From positions 1,664,001-1,728,000 of the forward strand of contig CAXXDV010000003.1 in the NCBI GenBank assembly GCA_963674745.2: a DNA stretch of 64,000 nt, read 5' to 3'. The notes below the pieces were generated by a model. The model was given only the letters and a program-made list of their open reading frames with translations. It searched no databases and was not told the origin of the DNA. The DNA is from Desulfosudaceae bacterium. Its GTDB lineage: Bacteria > Desulfobacterota > Desulfobacteria > Desulfobacterales > Desulfosudaceae. Of this stretch, positions 19,990-29,735 are shown in pieces. Each line of letters starts with the position of its first letter. Position 1 is the stretch's first letter. Made by a program: the position numbers and the translations under genes.

Positions 19990-21021
19990 ATGCAGAAAAG
20001 GACCTGGTTTGGGACGGCTTTCATCATGACGATACTGATCGTTTTTTCCGGCTGCTGGGATTCCGGGGGCTCCCACGGGAACGGGATAAAAATTCTCATG
20101 GTGGCCGACGGCGAATACGACGACAACTCTTTCAACCAATCCTGCCGGGAAGGACTCGAGAGAGCCGTTCAGGATTACGGAGTCAGGGCGGACTATCAAA
20201 TCATTGACGATGCGGATACGGTTGAGCCTGAAACCATGCTGGACCGGTATGATCCGGATGACTATGACCTGGTGATTGCCAATGGATTCTTTTTTGCCGG
20301 CGCAGTCGATCATGCGGCGGCTGATTTTCCTGATACGGATTTTGTGATTGTGGACTATGCCTATGAGCAGGTGCCGGCAAATGTGAACTGCGTGGTGTTT
20401 AATGCCGATGAAGCCGCCTTTGCCCTGGGCTATCTCGGCGGGGCCTGGGCCGAGATTCAGGACCCCGAGGATCCGGTTATCGCCTATGTGGGCGGAACGG
20501 ACATTCCGCCGGTACGGCAATGGACCGAACCCTACTGCAACGGGGCTGATCACTACAACACCGCCCACGACAGCGACGTTGCCTGCCGGGGTGATTTTTC
20601 AACCGATTTCTATGACGAGACCCAGGGTGAGCAGATTGCGGGAAATCTCATCGCAGACGGCGCTGATGTTATTTTCGGGTGCGGTGGACTGGCCGGCAAT
20701 GCCGCACTTGAAGCAGCAAAGGACTCCGGGGTATGGGGTATCGGTGTAGATCGGGACATGTATGAAGGGTTGCCGGCGGTTCGGGATATCATTCTGTCTT
20801 CCGGCATCAAACGCTTTGATAACGGTGTCTATGCTGCTGTGGAGTCGGTGGTCAATGATGAATTTGACGGCGGCGGGATCTATCGCGGCAACCTTCAAAA
20901 CAGCGGCGTCATGCTGGCCCCCTATCACGATTATGAAGATGACATACCGGCCGATATTAAGGATGAAATCGAGGATATCATTGAAGGCATTAAGGACGGC
21001 GCCATCGATACCGGGTGGTAG
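19990..21021 (+). CDS. BMP family substrate-binding lipoprotein
   Basis: Lipobox FSGC, DNSFNQSCREGL, GADVIF, WGIGVDRD. Confidence 0.9.
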   Translation: MQKRTWFGTAFIMTILIVFSGCWDSGGSHGNGIKILMVADGEYDDNSFNQSCREGLERAVQDYGVRADYQIIDDADTVEPETMLDRYDPDDYDLVIANGFFFAGAVDHAAADFPDTDFVIVDYAYEQVPANVNCVVFNADEAAFALGYLGGAWAEIQDPEDPVIAYVGGTDIPPVRQWTEPYCNGADHYNTAHDSDVACRGDFSTDFYDETQGEQIAGNLIADGADVIFGCGGLAGNAALEAAKDSGVWGIGVDRDMYEGLPAVRDIILSSGIKRFDNGVYAAVESVVNDEFDGGGIYRGNLQNSGVMLAPYHDYEDDIPADIKDEIEDIIEGIKDGAIDTGW

Positions 21022-21137
21022 AACAAATATCAAATCATTGGTCTTCAGGTGACTTAACCTGAATGAACCGTTGGCAATTCTGTTTTTGTAAGCATCATTT
21101 ATAAACACCCGCGGGGAACCGAATCAACGCAATAAAT

Positions 21138-22232
21138 ATGAAAACGCATATCCAGCCCCTGGCCGTCGACTTGAGCATCTACCCGGCCGATTTCCGGGAC
21201 AGCCTTGTCGAATTTTGCGGCAAGCTGCTGTCCGTGGTTTACGGCCTGGAAAGTGTCATGCGGCAGTTTCATCCCCCCTGGCTGCAGAAAATCCAGGATG
21301 CCCTGCGGCCGTTTGATGACCGCCTGAAATCAGCCCGGCGCGTTTTTGAAGATGCCACCGCCCCTTTCGGAGAGGACCCGGTTGCGGATCTATTGCTCAA
21401 GGCCGGTGAACGTGCCGGCCGGAGCGTGGATCATATTATGAACATTGAAAATCCCCAAACGGCGGTAATCGGGATGCTCAAGGCCATGGGCGAGCACTGT
21501 CGCGCCCAGGAGACCCTTTACCCGCTGATCAACGGGTTAAAGCCCGTGGGCCGCTATTTTCTTGAAACGCCTGTCAGGGAACGGGTGAACGACTATGTTT
21601 CTACGGCGGAAAATAATACCAATATCGGCCTTTTCATTGATGAAAACAGCGGATCCTGCATCTACGTGCCGGAAACATATGACGGGAAAAATGACTGGCC
21701 GCTGGTCGTGGCCCTGCACGGGGGCAGCGGCCGGTGTCGCGATTTCATCTGGCTCTGGATGCGGGAGGCCCGCAGCCGCCGTTTCCTGCTGCTGGCGCCG
21801 GGTTCAACCGGCCGCACCTGGTCCTTTGGCGATCTGACCGATGCCGAAGCCATATCGGAAATGATCGAAACCATGAGCGCTCGATGGCCGGTGGATAAGA
21901 GCCGGATGCTGCTGACCGGCATATCGGACGGGGCAATTTATACCCTGAACTGGGGACTGAAAAAAGCGTCTCCGTTTTCCGCTTTGGCACCCGTATCCGG
22001 CGTGCTGCATCCGGTAGACCTGTCGTTTGCGACCGGAAAACGGATATACCTGGTACACGGGACACTGGACTGGATGTTTCCCGTCAGCTACGCCCGCCAG
22101 GCCCATGCCACCCTGAAACAGGCAGGTGCCGACATCGTGTTCCACGAAATTGTGAACCTGTCGCACACCTACCCCAGAGAAGAGAACCCCGCCATTCTGT
22201 CCTGGTTTGACGAAGGCTTGGCTTTGGATTAA
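21138..22232 (+). CDS. Phospholipase/carboxylesterase-family hydrolase with helical N-terminal extension
   Basis: PLVVALHGG, GISDGA nucleophile, HGTLDWMF, SHTYP. Confidence 0.8.
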   Translation: MKTHIQPLAVDLSIYPADFRDSLVEFCGKLLSVVYGLESVMRQFHPPWLQKIQDALRPFDDRLKSARRVFEDATAPFGEDPVADLLLKAGERAGRSVDHIMNIENPQTAVIGMLKAMGEHCRAQETLYPLINGLKPVGRYFLETPVRERVNDYVSTAENNTNIGLFIDENSGSCIYVPETYDGKNDWPLVVALHGGSGRCRDFIWLWMREARSRRFLLLAPGSTGRTWSFGDLTDAEAISEMIETMSARWPVDKSRMLLTGISDGAIYTLNWGLKKASPFSALAPVSGVLHPVDLSFATGKRIYLVHGTLDWMFPVSYARQAHATLKQAGADIVFHEIVNLSHTYPREENPAILSWFDEGLALD

Positions 22233-22242
22233 AACATAAAGC

Positions 22243-24909
22243 ATGGATATGAAAAAAAAGCCCGGCAAAGAGCAAAAAGGCAAACCGGTTGCGACCTTAC
22301 AACCGGCCAGTGTGGAGAAATATCGACACATTCTTGAAAATATGCAGGAGAGTTATTTTGAGCTTGACCTCGCCGGAAACCTCACCTTTTTCAATGATTC
22401 AACAACCCGGCTATATGGCTTTTCCAAAGAAGAATTAATGGGTTTAAATTACAAGCAGTATACGGATAAAAAAACCGCCAAAAAACTTTTCAGGATATTT
22501 TCCGGCGTTTACAAAACCGGTAAACCGGTTAAATTGGCCACCTGGTCGATTATTCGAAAAGACGGCACCAGAACATACGTGGAAGGCTCGGCATCCCTGT
22601 TAAGAGATTCTTCAGGCAAACCTTTCGGATTCAGCGGAATCGTACATGATATCACCAAGCGCAAATGGGCGGAAAAGGCCCTGATCGAAAGAGAGGCGCA
22701 ATATCGTCTGCTGGCGGACCATATGAAAGACCAGGTCTGGCTGATGGATTTTGATTTTAACCCCATCTTTGTAAGTCCATCGTTCACCAAATTACTGGGA
22801 TATTCTTTTAAAGAATTAAGGGATGTTTCCTGGGATAATTTCCTTACGCCGGAATCCCTGGAAAGGGCGACGCAATTAGTTTCACAAATCGGGCCGATTA
22901 CCATGAATTCCCTGGACGATATTTTAGATCGAACAGTAGAAATGGAAGTTTACTGTAAAGACGGCCGAAATGTCTGGATGGAAATCAGGTGCAGCTTTAT
23001 CCGGGATGAAGACGGGAAGGCCGTATCCATCTTAGGGGAAGGCAGAGATGTTACTGAACGCAAACAAGCGGAAAAGGCATTAGTCGAAAGAGAAGCCCAA
23101 TACCGTCTTCTGGCAGACCATATGAAAGATCAGGTCTGGCTGACGGATTTGAATTTAACACCTTCTTTTTTAAGCCCGTCTTTTGAAAAACTGCTGGGAT
23201 ATACCATTGAAGAACTGAAAGCTCTTTCCTGGGATCAGCTCCTTACACCGGGATCCCTTAAAAAAGTAATGGATTTGATTACAGAAATCGGACCCATAAC
23301 AAAAGATTCCCGGGACGATATTTTCGATCGAACGGAGGAGCTTGAAATTCGCTGCCGCAGCGGTCAGATCATCTGGGTGGAGGTCGTGTGCAGTTTTATC
23401 CGGGATAAAAAAGGGAATGCCGTGTCTATCCTGGGTGAAAGCAGGGACATCACCGAACGCAAACGGGCCGAGGAGGAACTTAAAAAAAGCGAGGAACGCT
23501 ACCGCAGCGTTTTTGAAAACGCCGGACTCCCCCTGGTGATCATGGAAGAGTCCCTCGTGATCTTGATGGTCAACGAGCGGTTTGAGGAGATGTCGGGTTA
23601 TAAAATAAATGAAATAAAAGGCCTGATGAAATTAACGGACTTCATTGCCCCGGAAGCTCACCGTTCACTCATTGATTACTTTTCCCAAAGTGGAGAAGGC
23701 AATCCCGTGGAATATGAATGCCGGATCATCCACCGTAACGGAGAAGTCTTTGATGTTCTGGTCCGTATCGGTCATCTGCCCTACGCGGGCCAGTTTATCG
23801 CTTCATTTACGGATATCACTTCGCATAAACAGGCCGAAGCAGCCCTGATGGAAAGCCGGGAAAACCTCCAGGAAGAAAACATCCGCCTGCGTTCATCCAT
23901 CCGCGAACGATATCGTTTTTGCGACATCATCGGCAAAAGCCGCGGCATGCAAGAAGTTTATGAATTTATTCTTCAGGCGGCGGCGACCCTGGCCAATGTC
24001 ATTATTTACGGCGAGTCCGGAACCGGAAAAGAACTGGTGGCCAACGCCATCCATGAAAACAGCGGAAGAAACCGGAAGAGCTTTGTTACGGTTCACTGCG
24101 GGGCCATTCCGGAAACACTCATGGAAAGCGAGTTCTTTGGTTACAAGAAAGGTGCCTTTACCGGAGCAAATATTGATAAATTCGGCTATCTTGATGAAGC
24201 CGACGGGGGTACACTGTTTCTAGACGAAATAGGTGAAATAGGCCTGAACATGCAGGTCAAGCTGCTGCGGGCCATTTCCGGAGACGGTTACACGCCTGTA
24301 GGCAGTAACCTGATCAGGAAATCGGATATCCGAATTATTGCGGCCACCAACCGGGACATGAAGGGCCTGGTCAGACGGGGAATCATGCGAGAGGATTTCT
24401 TTTACCGCATTCATATACTGCCCATTTATCTTCCGCCGCTTCGAGAACGAAAAGACGACCTGCCACTGCTGATTGACCATTTCATGGAGCAGTATGATCC
24501 GAATCACCCGCCCCTGCCCGGTCATGTTGTCGATGCCCTTTTAAACCATGATTGGCCGGGCAATGTCCGTGAGCTTCAAAACGTCCTTTACCGGTATATG
24601 ACCCTAAAAAGACTGAACTTTGAAGATATGTCGACAGAACGACCGGCCCCCGAAGAAGCTGAATCAGTTGCTCATACGAACTCAAATGACACGGGTATCG
24701 AGAAGTTATGCAGGCGTCAGGTGGACCATGGCAATAAAAAGTCTACAAGAAATGAATTACCAGACGTTCTGAAAGACACGGAACGGGATCATATTCTGAA
24801 AATACTATCGGAAAACAACTGGCACCGCAGCCGAACCGCCGCTGCTTTAGGAATCAATCGAAAAACCCTCTACCGAAAAATGCAAAAATTCGGCATTACG
24901 CAATCTTAA
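22243..24909 (+). CDS. Sigma-54-dependent activator with four PAS domains
   Basis: PAS/PAC repeats ending DITxRK; GESGTGKE, GAFTGA, FLDEIGE, WPGNVREL; Fis-type HTH LGINRKTLYRK. Confidence 0.95.
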   Translation: MDMKKKPGKEQKGKPVATLQPASVEKYRHILENMQESYFELDLAGNLTFFNDSTTRLYGFSKEELMGLNYKQYTDKKTAKKLFRIFSGVYKTGKPVKLATWSIIRKDGTRTYVEGSASLLRDSSGKPFGFSGIVHDITKRKWAEKALIEREAQYRLLADHMKDQVWLMDFDFNPIFVSPSFTKLLGYSFKELRDVSWDNFLTPESLERATQLVSQIGPITMNSLDDILDRTVEMEVYCKDGRNVWMEIRCSFIRDEDGKAVSILGEGRDVTERKQAEKALVEREAQYRLLADHMKDQVWLTDLNLTPSFLSPSFEKLLGYTIEELKALSWDQLLTPGSLKKVMDLITEIGPITKDSRDDIFDRTEELEIRCRSGQIIWVEVVCSFIRDKKGNAVSILGESRDITERKRAEEELKKSEERYRSVFENAGLPLVIMEESLVILMVNERFEEMSGYKINEIKGLMKLTDFIAPEAHRSLIDYFSQSGEGNPVEYECRIIHRNGEVFDVLVRIGHLPYAGQFIASFTDITSHKQAEAALMESRENLQEENIRLRSSIRERYRFCDIIGKSRGMQEVYEFILQAAATLANVIIYGESGTGKELVANAIHENSGRNRKSFVTVHCGAIPETLMESEFFGYKKGAFTGANIDKFGYLDEADGGTLFLDEIGEIGLNMQVKLLRAISGDGYTPVGSNLIRKSDIRIIAATNRDMKGLVRRGIMREDFFYRIHILPIYLPPLRERKDDLPLLIDHFMEQYDPNHPPLPGHVVDALLNHDWPGNVRELQNVLYRYMTLKRLNFEDMSTERPAPEEAESVAHTNSNDTGIEKLCRRQVDHGNKKSTRNELPDVLKDTERDHILKILSENNWHRSRTAAALGINRKTLYRKMQKFGITQS

Positions 24910-25060
24910 CCTCGAATTTATAAACTTTATCCAACCAAAGCTGCCATGCCCCATATTGAGGCATAAAAGCCCCATGCCTTTCAGGCCCCCTCAAAAGTGG
25001 GGCACTTTTGACTCAAAAAACTATTTTTTTTGATATCAATTTTAAAAAATATTTATTATT

Positions 25061-25073
25061 AATCAAATAGTTA
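25061..25073 (+). promoter_or_regulatory. IHF binding site
   Basis: AATCAAatagTTA matches WATCAANNNNTTR, with AT-rich upstream flank. Confidence 0.65.
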
Positions 25074-25101
25074 TAAAATATATGACAAATTTTGTAACAC
25101 C

Positions 25102-25117
25102 TGGCTCACTTTGTGCT
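25102..25117 (+). promoter_or_regulatory. Sigma-54 (-24/-12) promoter
   Basis: TGGCtcactttgTGCT with correct GG-N10-GC spacing, upstream of the secreted hydrolase. Confidence 0.7.
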
Positions 25118-25164
25118 TTAAAAGGGGAAATTGAATTTCATAACCTTTTTCGGGGAGGACAAGC

Positions 25165-26709
25165 ATGAAAAAAACGAGCTGGTTAAAGTGCATCCGTCCA
25201 TTGTGGAGCCGGTTTTTCAGATTTTTTTTGATCCTGATGATGGTTGCTGTCATGGGCGTGTCGACGGCACCCGGGGTGAGTCAGGCCGAGAACATACCGT
25301 TAAATTCCAGCGGTGTGTACAGTGCCAAGGCTGATGACGGCAGCAAGATCTATCTTTATCGTTACGCGCCTTATACGATTGGCACACCGCAGTTCCGGAC
25401 CAGCGGGACGCCGGTGCTCATCTTCACCGGCATCTGCATGAACATGAACCAGTATCTTTCCTGCACGCCCCCCGGCATGGAGGATGTCTACGACGACGTG
25501 TATGTCCCCCCTGCCGCCAGTGCCCCGGCCTGGGCTCTGAACGCTGATGGAACGGACTACGAACCATACATCAAGGCCGACAAGATGCGCTATTACAGCC
25601 TGGCGCATTTTCTCTGGCTCCAGGGTTATGACGCCTGGTTCGCCAATTACAGGGGGGCCGGTCATGACCCTGTTGCCAGTGATGGGACCAACCCCAATGG
25701 CATCACGACCCTTGACACCTGGGCCACCCAGGACGTCCCGGCCGCCATCGCCAAAGTAAAGTCCGTTACCGGAAAAAGAATGTTCATCGGCGGCCACAGC
25801 ACCGGCGGCCTGGTGTCCTATGAGTACCTTCAGGGGGCTTATATGGATTACGGCAGATGGACACCGGAAAGATGGAAGGAATACTACTACAAGTCCTGCT
25901 ACGCCTTTGGATACATGCCCCATGTCAAATCCAGCGCTTCTCTTGCCGCCAGCAGAAACGCCGACATAAAAGGATTTATCGGGCTTGACCCGGCCGGCGT
26001 GCCCTGGCTGCCGGCGGATGTCCTGGACCGCCCCCTCTTCTGGGGTCTGGTCGGTTCAAGGCTATACCTGCCTCTGGATGGTATGTCAAAATATCTAATT
26101 CAGTTGTTTCCGGATAAGACCTTGCTGGTCGGTGTCATGGACACCTTCCTGGGTCTGATCAACGACAATGCCGGCAGTGACGGCACGCTGGGCGAATTGC
26201 TTGCTTATCTGAACTTCTGGAAGGTTGATGATATGGACCCCTGCATGGAAGACTGGATGCTGCGCTACAGCATCGGCGGGGCAACAATCCGCGGATTCGG
26301 TCAATACATGGACATGGGGCTGCACTACACCCTTCGTGAACATTATAAAAACGGATCTGAAAACTATCTGTGGACCTTTGAAGGCCCCACACCCAATCCC
26401 GGCAGAGACGGGTATTATTACTATGACGAAAATGTGTCGCGCATGACCGTACCGCTGATTGTTTTCTCCTCGACCACGGGCGCACTGGTGGCCCCCGAGG
26501 AGACTGACGCCTTCATCATTTCCAGCAAGACACCGACTGCTTATGACGAATGGTATGTCGTCGGCGGTACAGCCCATGTTGACGTGGCCATGGGAAACAG
26601 ACTGCCGACAGCTGTATTCCCCAACCTGGGCAATTGGCTTAAAACAATCGACGCCCTGCCGACCAACCCGCCCGGCACCAGCACACCGGCGCCACGTAAC
26701 GACATTTAA
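25165..26709 (+). CDS. Secreted alpha/beta hydrolase (lipase/esterase-like)
   Basis: Long signal peptide ending SQA, ANYRGAG, GHSTGG nucleophile, AHVDV catalytic His region. Confidence 0.8.
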   Translation: MKKTSWLKCIRPLWSRFFRFFLILMMVAVMGVSTAPGVSQAENIPLNSSGVYSAKADDGSKIYLYRYAPYTIGTPQFRTSGTPVLIFTGICMNMNQYLSCTPPGMEDVYDDVYVPPAASAPAWALNADGTDYEPYIKADKMRYYSLAHFLWLQGYDAWFANYRGAGHDPVASDGTNPNGITTLDTWATQDVPAAIAKVKSVTGKRMFIGGHSTGGLVSYEYLQGAYMDYGRWTPERWKEYYYKSCYAFGYMPHVKSSASLAASRNADIKGFIGLDPAGVPWLPADVLDRPLFWGLVGSRLYLPLDGMSKYLIQLFPDKTLLVGVMDTFLGLINDNAGSDGTLGELLAYLNFWKVDDMDPCMEDWMLRYSIGGATIRGFGQYMDMGLHYTLREHYKNGSENYLWTFEGPTPNPGRDGYYYYDENVSRMTVPLIVFSSTTGALVAPEETDAFIISSKTPTAYDEWYVVGGTAHVDVAMGNRLPTAVFPNLGNWLKTIDALPTNPPGTSTPAPRNDI

Positions 26710-26736
26710 AACCTGACGGACCGTTCCGTTTTGCTT

Positions 26737-26768
26737 CATAGGCGCCCCGGTTATCCGGGGCGCCTATG
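26737..26768. terminator. Hairpin between convergent genes (probable terminator)
   Basis: Perfect 14-bp stem cataggcgccccgg / ccggggcgcctatg. Confidence 0.75.
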
Positions 26769-26799
26769 CTCTTCCTAAACGGCCTGACCTTGCGTTGAA

Positions 26800-27189
26800 T
26801 CAGGCCAGAACGTGTTTATCGAGAACGAAACACGTTAACGTCCCTTCGAATACAATATCGTCGTCCCGGTCGACCCGGACCGCAACTATTTGCTTTTTAT
26901 CTTTTCTTTCCACAACGGTTGCCCGGGCAGTCACTATCTCACCGTTTTTAACAGGTTTTAAGAACTTTACATCAGCAGCGCCCAGCACCACATGGGGATG
27001 ATTGACCGCTATCATGGCCGCGTGATCCGCCAGACCGAAGATAAACCCGCCGTGCACCAGTTGATGTTCATCAACCGCCATTTCAGAAGTGGTAGCCATT
27101 TTCACACGACTGACGCCATCCTTTATCTCAAGCGGCACACCGCAAAGAGGCTTATTGATCAGCTGATGGGTTTTAATCTCATCTGTCAT
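26800..27189 (-). CDS. PaaI-family hotdog thioesterase
   Basis: LVHGGFIFGLAD, VKFLKPV. Confidence 0.88.
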   Translation of the reverse strand: MTDEIKTHQLINKPLCGVPLEIKDGVSRVKMATTSEMAVDEHQLVHGGFIFGLADHAAMIAVNHPHVVLGAADVKFLKPVKNGEIVTARATVVERKDKKQIVAVRVDRDDDIVFEGTLTCFVLDKHVLA

Positions 27190-27270
27190 GCGATTGCTTC
27201 CTTTCAGGCATCAATCTGATATCAGTCTAAACCGCTTTATATTCATCATCAAGCTCAGGGACGGAAAAAA

Positions 27271-27813
27271 TCATGAGCGGTTATTTTTAAACGTTTCGAC
27301 AACCGCGGTATACTTTTCATGAATCATTTTCCGGTCGAATTCCCGGAAATCTTCAAGCATGGTATCCAGTTCCTGTTGACTGAACAGCGTTTCAGTGGAT
27401 GGGAAAAAAATTTTATCCTCCTTACGGATATGTTCCGGATAAAAATCAGCCAGTGTCTCCAGGTGTTTAATAATACTCAATACGACCTCCCGGTTTCCGG
27501 CAACATACTTATTTCTGGCATCAACAAGGGCCTGAGTTGTTTTTCGACCGAACTTGTGCTCTTCGACCAGTTCCGCCATCAGAGCCCGATCGGAATCGGA
27601 CATGTTCTTTTTCTCAAGTGCTGTAAAAAGGATATCCTCTTCCTTGCCATGATGGGTCCGGTCCGCATATACCCGGATAAAATCCACAATTGTATCGATA
27701 ATGACGGGGTCGGCTGTCCCGGAGTCCTTCATGGCGGAAACCTCTTTGAGAACAATTTTCAACATACGTTCGATAAGCCTGTGCTCAATCATGAGCGGTC
27801 CTCTTGGTTTCAT
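27271..27813 (-). CDS. Hemerythrin/HHE domain protein
   Basis: EHRLIE, HHGKEEDILF, EEH, HIRKEDKIFFP. Confidence 0.9.
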   Translation of the reverse strand: MKPRGPLMIEHRLIERMLKIVLKEVSAMKDSGTADPVIIDTIVDFIRVYADRTHHGKEEDILFTALEKKNMSDSDRALMAELVEEHKFGRKTTQALVDARNKYVAGNREVVLSIIKHLETLADFYPEHIRKEDKIFFPSTETLFSQQELDTMLEDFREFDRKMIHEKYTAVVETFKNNRS

Positions 27814-27873
27814 AAACGACCTCCTTTAATAATCGAAATTTAAAATAAATTCGGCCTTAAAAAAATTGTATCA

Positions 27874-28191
27874 TCATATGGGCGGCGCAATCGTAACCAG
27901 AACCCGCATGTTTGTGTCTGCTCTGAGCCCATGGGGATCGGCAATATCACAAATCAGTAGATCCCCCTTTTTAGCGGTTATTACTTTTCCCTCAGCGCCT
28001 AAAAAAGCACCTTTACCCTCAAGGATAAGTAAAGACAATTGCCCTTCGATATCATGAGAATGAATGGGCATGGTCTGATCGGCCTTGAAATTAAAATTGA
28101 TGATTTTAAAATACGGTGAGTCGTGTACCAGAAGCTTCTTAAACCCCTTCTCCGAGAAATCGTTGGCTTCAAAAATATTTAAACTATTCAT
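27874..28191 (-). CDS. Cupin domain protein
   Basis: PIHSH...ILEGKG...PHGL cupin motifs. Confidence 0.85.
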   Translation of the reverse strand: MNSLNIFEANDFSEKGFKKLLVHDSPYFKIINFNFKADQTMPIHSHDIEGQLSLLILEGKGAFLGAEGKVITAKKGDLLICDIADPHGLRADTNMRVLVTIAPPI

Positions 28192-28277
28192 AAAATCCTC
28201 CTTTGTGTACGTTTTTTGAATGGTAGAACGTTTTTCTGTTTTTTGTTATATGATAATTAAACAAAAATATGTTTTCC

Positions 28278-28291
28278 TTGACCTGGATCAA
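28278..28291. promoter_or_regulatory. FNR-type box (probable HcpR site)
   Basis: TTGACctggATCAA, 9/10 match to TTGAT-N4-ATCAA, in the divergent cupin / Crp-Fnr intergenic region. Confidence 0.75.
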
Positions 28292-28361
28292 TAAAGTGTT
28301 TTTTTTGCCGGTTCCTTTAATTTTATTTAAACTATTTGTGAACAAAAATATAAAAAAATAA

Positions 28362-29042
28362 ATGGACGATCTCAAGAAAACGATTTCAGATATGGCGATT
28401 TACGAGGGACTTACTGATTCAGACCTTGACAGCCTGGTCCGGATTGCCTGTGAAAAGGCGTTTCAAAAAGGGTCAATTATTTTTTTTGATGGCGAGTACA
28501 GTGACGGTTTTTACGTTGTCATCGCAGGCCGGATCAAAATAACCAAAATTTCAGCCAAAGGGAAAGAACAGATTCTCTACATTCTCGGCGCTGGAGAGCC
28601 CTTCGGCCAACTTGCCCTCTATCATGGCGGAGTATTTCCTGCCACGGCTCAGGCACTGGAAAAAAGCACCTGCCTTTTTTTTCCTAAAAACCCTTTTTTA
28701 AAACTCGTATCTGAAAATCCCGCTATGCCCTTTAACATGTTGGCGTTTCTCTCTCGGCGGCATCGGGAACTGGCACTTCAAATCGAAAACATTGCTTTGA
28801 AGGAGGTCCCTGAACGTCTGGCAGGATATCTGCTCTACCTGTTAAACGAACAAAAAACGTCGAAACCGTTTAATCTGCCGATTCCCAAGGAGCAGCTGGC
28901 TTACCTTCTCGGCGCCAGCCCGGAAACCCTGTCACGGGCACTGGCCAAAATGGTCGACCAACAAATAATTTCAATGCATGGTAAGTCTGTCACCGTTCTG
29001 GATAAAAACGGGTTAAAGACAATGGCTTCTGCAAACCATTAA
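28362..29042 (+). CDS. Crp/Fnr family regulator (HcpR/Dnr-like)
   Basis: cNMP-like N-domain, ERLAGYL, HTH with PETLSR recognition helix, no N-terminal Cys cluster. Confidence 0.9.
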   Translation: MDDLKKTISDMAIYEGLTDSDLDSLVRIACEKAFQKGSIIFFDGEYSDGFYVVIAGRIKITKISAKGKEQILYILGAGEPFGQLALYHGGVFPATAQALEKSTCLFFPKNPFLKLVSENPAMPFNMLAFLSRRHRELALQIENIALKEVPERLAGYLLYLLNEQKTSKPFNLPIPKEQLAYLLGASPETLSRALAKMVDQQIISMHGKSVTVLDKNGLKTMASANH

Positions 29043-29060
29043 CCTACAAAAATTATTGTA

Positions 29061-29735
29061 ATGAATATAAACAGTCCGATTATTGACTTTAAACAGGTTT
29101 GTTTCTCATTCTCAGATGACAGGTTTCTGTTTAAAGACCTGTCTCTGGCGGTTGAATCCGGATCTTTTAACTTGATCAAGGGGCCTTCGGGCATCGGAAA
29201 GTCCAGCCTGCTGAAATTAATAAACCGCATACACGATCCGCAGGCAGGGGAAATCCACTTTAAAGGCAAACCACTCGAAACCTATCAACCGCAACTCCTT
29301 CGCAGACAGGTCCTTTATGTTCAACAGACACCGCTTGTGTCAATCGGTTCCGTAAAAGACAATCTGCTGCTCCCTTTTTTGTTTAAGGCCAATCATGACC
29401 TGACAAAACCCGATGATATCCGTTTGGAAAAGCTTCTGGCCGAGTTTTACCTGGACCGGATTAATCTGAATGACAGCGCGCTGAACCTGTCCGTGGGCCA
29501 GCAACAACGGATATGTTTCATACGGGGGTTACTGCTGTCGCCTGACGTCATCCTGCTGGATGAACCCACCAGTGCCCTGGACGAGGAAAGCAGCCGGATT
29601 GTTGACGCCAGTGCCGCCCGCTTATGCCGGGTGTCCGGAAAGACCGTGATAATGGTCAGTCATAAGAATCTCAATGCGAATGACATCAAGCCAAGAATCC
29701 TGAAGCTCGAAAACGGGAAGATAAGGGAAACATAA
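29061..29735 (+). CDS. fetA: ABC transporter ATP-binding protein (FetA/YbbL-like)
   Basis: GPSGIGKS, LSVGQQQR, LLDEPTSALD; coupled to fetB. Confidence 0.8.
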   Translation: MNINSPIIDFKQVCFSFSDDRFLFKDLSLAVESGSFNLIKGPSGIGKSSLLKLINRIHDPQAGEIHFKGKPLETYQPQLLRRQVLYVQQTPLVSIGSVKDNLLLPFLFKANHDLTKPDDIRLEKLLAEFYLDRINLNDSALNLSVGQQQRICFIRGLLLSPDVILLDEPTSALDEESSRIVDASAARLCRVSGKTVIMVSHKNLNANDIKPRILKLENGKIRET

